This document shows positions 54,123 through 64,000 of a stretch of 64,000 nt of DNA, one piece after another. The stretch lies in assembly GCF_009914755.1 (NCBI RefSeq), contig NC_060931.1. One strand, given 5' to 3'. The notes below the pieces were generated by a model. That model did not search any database. It was not told the origin of the DNA and worked only from the letters and a program-made list of their open reading frames with translations. This DNA is from the human T2T-CHM13v2.0 reference genome, Homo sapiens. The position numbers were made by a program, and so were the translations under genes. Position 1 is the stretch's first letter, and the number at the start of each line of letters is the position of its first letter.

Positions 54123-57100
54123 TATGTTTTTACAATGAGTCATTAATTAAGAAATTCTCTTCTGAAAGCTGGGGACTATTTTTTTTTATCAGAAGTAAAA
54201 TCTCTGCCACTAAAAAAATCAAAATTAGTGTTGATCTGTTATTTCATCTTTTCAAAAAGTATGACGACTGCCTCTTTGTTTAACTTTCCTATAATGGCAA
54301 GCATTATTATTTCTATTGCTGAGGTCAGGCTATTAAATTAAGAGCAGCACACATTCATGCAAAATACCCTTCCATGCAAATTTTGGGTTGAAATTTATTA
54401 GTTCTGCCGATGACCTTAGCAGTTATCTGTGTATTTTGCAAAATATATTTTGCATAATAATTTAAATGTCCTTATTAATATTTCTGCTGCATTTACTTTT
54501 GCCCCATATTACACAATCTCTACTCTTCTTAATAACTGATCAAACATATCTTCTCACATGGACAAATGGAGACAAATATTATTGGAGACAAAATTCTGCC
54601 AAATAATAAATTTCCAGAGCCATTCTGCTTCCATAACAACTTATGGAAAGTGTCACTTTTCTACAGCTTCAGACATTTCATTAATGAAACTTGCTTGGGC
54701 TAAAAAAGATTGTAGTCCTGGTTTGGTCACTCAGGTTTTTATTATGAAAGTGTGTGCTGGAATTTGCTATTTTAAAAATTCACCTTCCTGAATTGGTCTT
54801 ATATATTGCTATTCCCTTTTCAGAACCTTATTGCAGACCACAAGAGGGTTAGAACAAATTCTGAAGTTTCCTGGTTTCTTTTAGGACACACCCAGAAAGA
54901 TTAATCTCTGGCAAAAGTAGAACCGAAAACACTTAAGAGTTTAAAAGAAAGCTTAAATGCTTGGAATTCATACAGTATTTTTAATGGTGGGCAATTTGGA
55001 TGGAACTGTTTATGGGGAACCATCCACCTTGAGAAAGACATGAAAAAATCCATGTAAGTTTATCAGTCCAATATGGTAAGCCCAGGTGAGAAGGAAAGGG
55101 ACGAATTACACTCAGCGTCATGGTGTCAGTGTTGATTGAACATCTATGTTTTTCTACCTCTGACACATTTTACATCATATGCATAGATAAGAGCTGGCCT
55201 TGTGGAACTTTCTTTCCTCTGCAAAAAGACATGAGCTAAATTTTGGCTATTTTTCTTTTTTATGAATTCAAAAATTATTCTTTGATATATAATATAGGGA
55301 TTTTATCATGTCCGCTCATTTAATGTGATAGAAGCAAGAGAAAGAGAATCAAAATGCTCTAATTTCTGGTATAATATTTGTATTTAAGTACTCAAGTATT
55401 AAAGTGACACTTGCCTGGTGGATTGAGTTTAGAAAGCCTGTTCACACTATGGCTTAAGTGCTGTAGATGAAACCTTGTGACTCTCAAGTGGTAATAATTC
55501 AAAATGTAATGCACATGAGGGAGTTAAACACATACTCATAAGGCTACATGAGCCATCCATTACAAGGGTTTCCTTCATTTTCTATGCCAGAGTCACAAAA
55601 TAACTTCAAACTTCATCCCAGAGATGAAATCAAAAGTCCACCTCACACACATAAAAAGGACATCTCTACGGATTTAATCCAAGACCTGATTATTCAGGAG
55701 CAGCTTATTTGGCTCGTGGCTAAGTCAAAGTTTGCTACTTCTGGGCATGTTTGACTATAGGGAACTTGCCCTCATTTTCATCCCTCTGTCTGTTCTGAAG
55801 CATGTGAAAAACACACAACTTCGTCTTTACTCATGTGGTTTTAAATGGGCTCTTATTTGACTCATCTTTTTCAGAAGTGGAAAAAAAATAAGACAGTAGT
55901 TGCATGTGCAGGGATTTGGGGATTTATTCTCTTTCTTCTCTTTTTCCATTTCTTTTTCCCCTTGACAGAATTTCTGGTCTTTAGGCATTTGTAAGGCCTT
56001 TGCTTCATTCTTTCAAACCAGTCCATGATATATGGGTGGGGAAATGGAGGACACAGGAATCCAGAATGGATTCCTATCCATAGGACTACTTAGGATCTCA
56101 GGGACCACAGGTCACCACCCTGGGTTAAATAGTTCAGTTGGAAGTGCCTCAACACAGTGTAAGCAGTCATAAACCAGCATCATCCAAGGGCATGGGCCCC
56201 TCTTTCACGCTAATTCATTGGGTACACAACCCCATTCTGGCACATTACTCTAATTTGCACATACTCATAAATACTACATTTTTTGTTTTTAACTTATTGT
56301 ACCTGAACCTCCTCCAATCTCTTTGTTACATAAGTTTTTAATTTTGGAACTAAATTAGCCATATGAATGAAACTTTTTAGGACAAACAACAAACAAAAAA
56401 GAAATTTGTTCATCCAACCAAGGTCCAGATTATGTCAGACCAATCAATCTTTTCAAAGGGAACAGAGTGAGAGCAATCCACTTCCAGATTCCAGTAGAAT
56501 TAATTAGGAATGCCTGAAAAATGATTTCTACAAAGTATAACATACATGCATCAGTAGAAAAGGTATGTGAAAACTGAAAACACTTTAACTCAGTATTGAA
56601 TTCATGCAAAAAAGAAACAACGATTTGAACTTTATCAACCATTTCAGTTCATATTAAAATAATGGTATAAAAAGGAGGGTCATGCTTTTCATTGCTAAAG
56701 TTTTCTACATTAGTACATGTTTGGTATTTTATTTTCAGTGTCAAAGAACCTAGCTGACAGTTTGAATCAGAGTCAATTTGTTTCGGCAAATATTATAAAT
56801 TGATACCTGGTTTATATTTCTGTTGTTTTGATAATCCATGGCTGAGCTGATTTCCCCACACTCTACTTTTATAACTTTAAAGTGTTATTTGAGAACAGAG
56901 GGGATTTATTTTCTCATGATCTTATGCAGTTGCAGAAATATTTCTTTGAGGTAGTTTTGGAGAGATTTCCTTTTGGCTATGTCTATACAATCTCTAAATA
57001 AACAGTGAAAAGTTGAAAAGTTCAATCAATTTCCTTTATTATTGGTTTTGTAGACACCAAGTAAGAATCTAACTTAAAATAATATGCAAATTAGTTTAAT

Positions 57101-57389
57101 TAAAGTAACCTGCCAACTTAGTTCAATTACTCAAAACCTTAGACATACTGTTAAAATCTTTGCTACCCAAAGACTGTAGCAAATTTGCACGTAGCTAAAG
57201 ACTTTATGAAATTTAAGTTCAGTACTACATAGATATCAGTCTAGTGTTTTTCCCTCTTGATTTTCCTTGAATTTTTCTTTGTAAACTCTTAATACAAATA
57301 GTAAAAACAACGAGTCATTAGATTTGTTTTTTTCTGCATTAGCTTTCCATGGAAGTCTAGACGTTTGTCTTTTTTCTCTAATGGAAAAT

Positions 57390-58042
<653 letters not shown>

Positions 58043-58452
58043 TATAGTGGATATTTCAAAGCCACGAAGGGGACAATGCATGAAATGAATGCTATATCTA
58101 AAATTATTTACTAGAGACTTTGAAGAAACATATTTTATATTTACTTTTCAACAAAATGTTCAGGTTTAAAGGAAAGTGTGTGGCTAGCCGTTTAATTTTA
58201 TTCTCAGATACATTGAAGTATTTGCATGCTGTAAATCACTCAATGGAAAGTTAAATTCATCTAATTTACATTATGGTGAAAATTTTTACAGAAGTGCCAA
58301 GGCTACAGAAAAGTACATACAGTAGAACTTAATTGCTTTATATCTAGAGAAAAGAGAGGAAAATGTTTTCCCACCAAATATAGGTTTAGATTTATTATCT
58401 ATTATTCTTTTTGACAGTAGAGATCAGAAAAATGGATTTTCCATGGCTAAGA

Positions 58453-58514
58453 ACTTTAGAGAGAAATCATTAAGGGATCTCACTTTAGAGAGAAATCATT
58501 AAGGGATCTCACTT
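58453..58514. repeat. Perfect 29-bp tandem duplication
   Basis: ACTTTAGAGAGAAATCATTAAGGGATCTC twice, then ACTT. Confidence 0.97.
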
Positions 58515-58672
58515 ACTATTCCCAAAATGTTTTTGATTCTCTGTGGCTCTGCTGGTGTTCCAGGATTATTTTGTTGGATGCACTGAAACTGCACTTCCGC
58601 AAGGCAGAGGCACAGTGGTTCTTGGATTTAGTCCATCTTCTGGGAGTCAAAAAGGAGAACCAAAGTAACTAA

Positions 58673-60116
<1,444 letters not shown>

Positions 60117-61011
60117 AAGAAGTAGGTTCTAAGCACAAGAATCACACTACATGTACTCCCTGCCAAAACCTTTCAAGGAAGTAGCATCAGTTCATGGAAA
60201 TCAATGTTAAATTAATACTGAAGTTCCTCAAATTCATTGTAATTGTTCTTAGGTTTCAAAGTGGCATCATTTGCAATCCTCAACCAACCACTGTGTTCTG
60301 GTCATAGGGTTCTAAAACATGCTACAGAAATATCACATCTTCCCAAGTGAGAGGATACAAACTCTCTATCCAATTTGGTTATCAAGCTGTATGGTATGCC
60401 TGGAAGACAGTGAAACACTTGGGATAACAGGGTGAAAAAAAAAAACCCTCTGGAGAATGCTACAAGTGTGTATGTGCTGGCTCTCACTTTACCATTTTTG
60501 GTTTTGTTTTGTGTGTTTTACATATGGAGTTTTATGATAAAGACTTAGTTGAGAGTTTGGCTATTCACATCTAACAAATATTAATATTGATTTTTGGAAA
60601 TCAATTTTCTTGAAAGGCATTTGCCCATCTGCCAAGAGGAATTTCTCCCTTGCCTGTCTCTATAGGCTCCATTGCCAACAGTGGTTATCCCCTCCTCTCT
60701 ATCTCCCCTGATTTCATCATTTATTTTTCTGTCTGGACTCATATCTCATATGTGTCTTTCAACATTGTCATCTTCGTATAGAGTTTTTAAAAGAACTGAG
60801 TTTTGCTGTCCCAGTCTAGATAATGACTTTAGGTCTTCTTATCCCTTTCAAATGGTTACTTCAAACTAATTTTCTATTAAGGTAGCCTTCAAACGTGTGT
60901 TGGTGGTGATTTAGTTCTAAAAGAATTATAAAAATCTGTGTACTACATTGGAAGTTTCTGTTTTCATGTAAGTATTTTTAAAAATTTTCATAAATTTAAG
61001 CAGCTGCAAAT

Positions 61012-61169
61012 AAAAAAAAAATCCAGGCATGGTGGCACATTCTTGGGCCCAGCTAATTGGCAGGTTGAGATGGAAGGATTGCTTGAGCCCAGAAGGTTGA
61101 GGCTACAGTTAGCTATGGTCTCATCACTGCACTCCAGCCTGGCTGACAGGGTAAGACCCTGTCTCAAAA

Positions 61170-61208
<39 letters not shown>

Positions 61209-61210
61209 AT
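61012..61210 (+). mobile_element. AluJ right monomer / FRAM with (TAAA)n tail
   Basis: Starts in an A-run; TSD AGCAGCTGCAAAT (60999-61011) and AGCAGATGCAAAT (61211-61223). Confidence 0.9.
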
Positions 61211-61319
61211 AGCAGATGCAAATTGTGTAATTTCTAGCATATTCTAAATATCACAGTTTAAATAGAGCTTAAATCAATTTAAACTTAATAGAACAACATG
61301 TTAAAAGTAAATTAAGAGA

Positions 61320-62215
61320 AGTACCTGGAGGATGGTGAAATAGGACCTGTGAAAATTCTGCAACCCCACAGAAACAAGAAGAACAGTGGCAAAAATAATC
61401 AAAACCAACTTTTTCAGAAACTTGGAAATTCACTGAAGGTTTACAACAATCTAAGAAATATTTATTCAAGAAAAATGACTGAGTATCACTTGAGGCCAGG
61501 AGTTTGAGACCAGGCTAGTCAACAAAGTGAGACCCCCGTCTCTGCAAAAAATTAAAAATTAGATGGGCATGGTGGCATGCACTTGTAGTCCCAGCTACTC
61601 AGGAGGCTGAGGTTGGAGGATCACTTGTGACCAGGAGTTTGAGGTTGCAGTGAGCTAAGATAGCACCACTGTACTCCAACTTGAGCAACAGAGTGAGATC
61701 CTGTTTCAAAAAAAAAAAAAAAAAGAAAAAAAGAAGAGAGAGGGAAAGAAAAAAAATTACTAAATATCGGTAAGGACCATGAACTTTGTGACATTTTAAC
61801 TTGCTCTATTCCCATTCTCCTCTCTTTAGGTCCATGGCAATTTGGAAAGCGTGAATAGCCATGTCCTTACATAATTTGTTGCAAGTAATCAGTGGCAATG
61901 ATTTAACATTGATGCCGACTGAGGTGGAGATAGTACCTGGTGCTAACAAGAAGCTGACCAAAAATTTTAAAAGGAAAACCTGGGGAATGGTATCTCCGTA
62001 GGTGGCTCTGAAGAGCTCTGACCTATTCCTGGGAATCTAGAATGCCAAGCACGTGTGCAGAGTTGTGCACATCTTAAGAAAAGAGCTAAGAGTGCCCCAG
62101 TCTTTCACCTCTAGCTGACCTTGAGGCTCTTCACAAGCAAGAAGTGGTGGCTAAGGCGGAATTGTAGTCTGCCTGTTAGAATGTTGAAGCGTACCTCAAA
62201 GCACATAGACAACCT
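61320..62215 (+). mobile_element. Old L1 5' end (L1M4b-like)
   Basis: GGCAAAAATAATCAAAACCAACTTTTTCAGAAACTTGGAAATT...ATTTATTCAAGAAAAA, recalled as an L1M 5' region. Confidence 0.65.
61485..61751 (+). mobile_element. 5'-truncated AluJ
   Basis: Begins ATCACTTGAGGCCAGG; degenerate TSD at 61471-61487 and 61752-61768. Confidence 0.92.
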
Positions 62216-62309
62216 GTGGATTGAGATAAAATATTTTCAAACCACACATCTGGTAAGAGGTTAATATCCAAAATATGTAAGCAATTCTGAAAACAAGTTT
62301 TCTTAATTA

Positions 62310-62395
62310 TTTCACATATGTGCATGTATCATAATATCACATTGCATCCTATAAATATATGTAATTATAATTTGTCAATTTAAAAAACATATAAT
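62310..62395 (+). mobile_element. L1MA-like 3' end fragment nested in L1MB
   Basis: ATCACATTGCATCCTATAAATATATGTAATTATAATTTGTCAATTTAAAAA. Confidence 0.6.
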
Positions 62396-62577
62396 ACTTT
62401 TTAAAAATAATATGAGGCAAATAATATTCTAAATTTCCAAATTTAAAATGCGCACAGGATTTAAATAGATATTAAAATAGATATTCAAATCCTATGCCCA
62501 TTTTGTATATCTTTTTGTATATTTATGTATCTTTGAAAGAAGATATACCAATGGCTGGTAAGCTCATGAAAAGATGC

Positions 62578-62905
62578 TGTCTAAGTCAGTCTGGGGACTG
62601 CTATAACTACAAACTGGTGAATTATAAACAACAGAATTTTATTTCTCATAGTTCTGGAGGCAGGAAGTGTGAGATCAGGGTGCCAGCATGGTTGGTTTGA
62701 GGGCATTCTTTCAGGTTGCAGACTCCTGACTTCTTGTAGCCTCACATGGCAGAAAGTGGATGAGCTACCCTGCTGGCCTCTTCTCAAAAGGACACTAAAA
62801 TCTACCCTGATGACCTAATTACCTCCCAAAGTTCCCACTTCCAAATATCATCACATTGAAATTAGAATTCAACACACAGATTTTGGGGGACACAAATCCA
62901 TAACA
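62578..62905 (-). mobile_element. MLT1A-like MaLR solo LTR
   Basis: TG...CA termini; TTTATTTCTCATAGTTCTGGAGGC; perfect TSD GATGC at 62573-62577 and 62906-62910. Confidence 0.88.
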
Positions 62906-64000
62906 GATGCTCAGCATCACTGGTCATTAGGAAAATTAAAATCAAAACCACAATGAAATACCACTTTACACTCACTGGGATGGCTAAAATTAAAAAGGGA
63001 GACATTAATAAATTTTGACAAGGATGTGAAGAAATTGGCACTCTCCTACATTTCTGGTAGAATTGTCAAAGTGTAACTTCTTTGGAAAACATTTTGGAAG
63101 CTCCTTAAAATATTAAACACATAATTACAGACAATAAAGTCAGAAATTCCACTAGTAGGTATATTCCCAAGAGAAATGAAAACAAATTTTCATGCAAAGA
63201 CTTGTGGAAAAATATACATACAGCATCATTTATAGTAACCCCCAAAGTGGAAACAGCCTAAGAGTCCATCAACTGATTAACAAATAAAATGTGAAAATGT
63301 ATAAAATGGAACATTATTTGGCTATAAAAAGAAATGAAGAACTGATTTATGCTGCAACATGGGTAAAACTTGAAAAGACCATGCTAAGTGAAAGAAGCCA
63401 GTCAGTAAGATCACATATGGATGATTTCATTTCTGTGAAATATTCAGAATAGGAAAATTGAAAGAGTCAGAAAGTTGATTCCAAGGGAGAGAAAGGAATA
63501 GAACATAATATGACTGCTAATGGGCACAACTTTTTTCTTCACAGGCACGAAAATGATTAAAATTATACAGGGGAATTGCTTGCACAACTCTGAATATTCT
63601 AAAAATCGAATTGAATAATCAAAAGGAAGGATTTCATGATATATAAATTTTGTCACAATAAAGCTGTTACTTGTAAATGTAAACTAAACTTTTCATTACC
63701 AGTCAGAAATTTTACATTGCTCCTTTTTCCTTTCCAATGTTATTTTCACTTACCTGAAATAACAGTATCCCAATTTATAATAAATATTTTTAATTATCCC
63801 TTATATTTAGTTAAAAATTACGCACATTGATTAAAATGAAAGTATATGTTTAAAATTTTTGTGACTTTAAGCTTTAAAAAATTAGCCAGATTAGCCTTTA
63901 AAATTATTATTAGTACATAATTGATCAAAATTTTGGAAATAATTAACAAAAACAAAATTTTATTTGAAAAAATCTTTCTTAATGTGATAGAAGTGGAGTG

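Larger units (their letters stand above)
62220..63669 (+). mobile_element. L1MB7/8-like ORF2 end and 3'UTR
   Basis: ATGCTAAGTGAAAGAAGCCAG, GACTGCTAATGGGCAC, terminal CAATAAAGCTGTTA. Confidence 0.85.

Noticed and set aside
54432-54454. Overlapping AT-rich palindromes of 14 and 18 bp
   Set aside because: Short and low-complexity, with no supporting context.
55927-55996. Strong polypyrimidine-AG acceptor (similar ones near 25950, 30134 and 40010)
   Set aside because: No convincing paired donor or reading frame, and such signals are common in T-rich DNA.

Overview
AT-rich primate (hominoid-like: contains AluY and an L1PA3-like element) intergenic or intronic DNA. I cannot name the locus. No protein-coding gene, RNA gene or CpG island is supportable: the long ORFs in the track are L1 ORF2 remnants or Alu read-throughs. 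The window is a mosaic of interspersed repeats (11 Alus, about 8 L1 pieces, many L2 and MIR, one CR1/L3 fossil, two MaLR solo LTRs, three DNA-transposon relics) separated by repeat-poor blocks that look like regulatory DNA. The most notable unexplained structure is a ~2.2 kb inverted repeat (11308-11940 against 12866-13481) built from L2 plus flank, with roughly 80-85% arm identity and a 46-bp perfect patch. Other highlights are a 98-bp tandem duplication with a fold-back templated junction, a twin-primed 5'-inverted L1, an orphan ZNF143/THAP11 motif and a TGACAG-rich block that retains CpGs. Subfamily names come from my recall of consensus sequences, and boundaries of old repeats are approximate.
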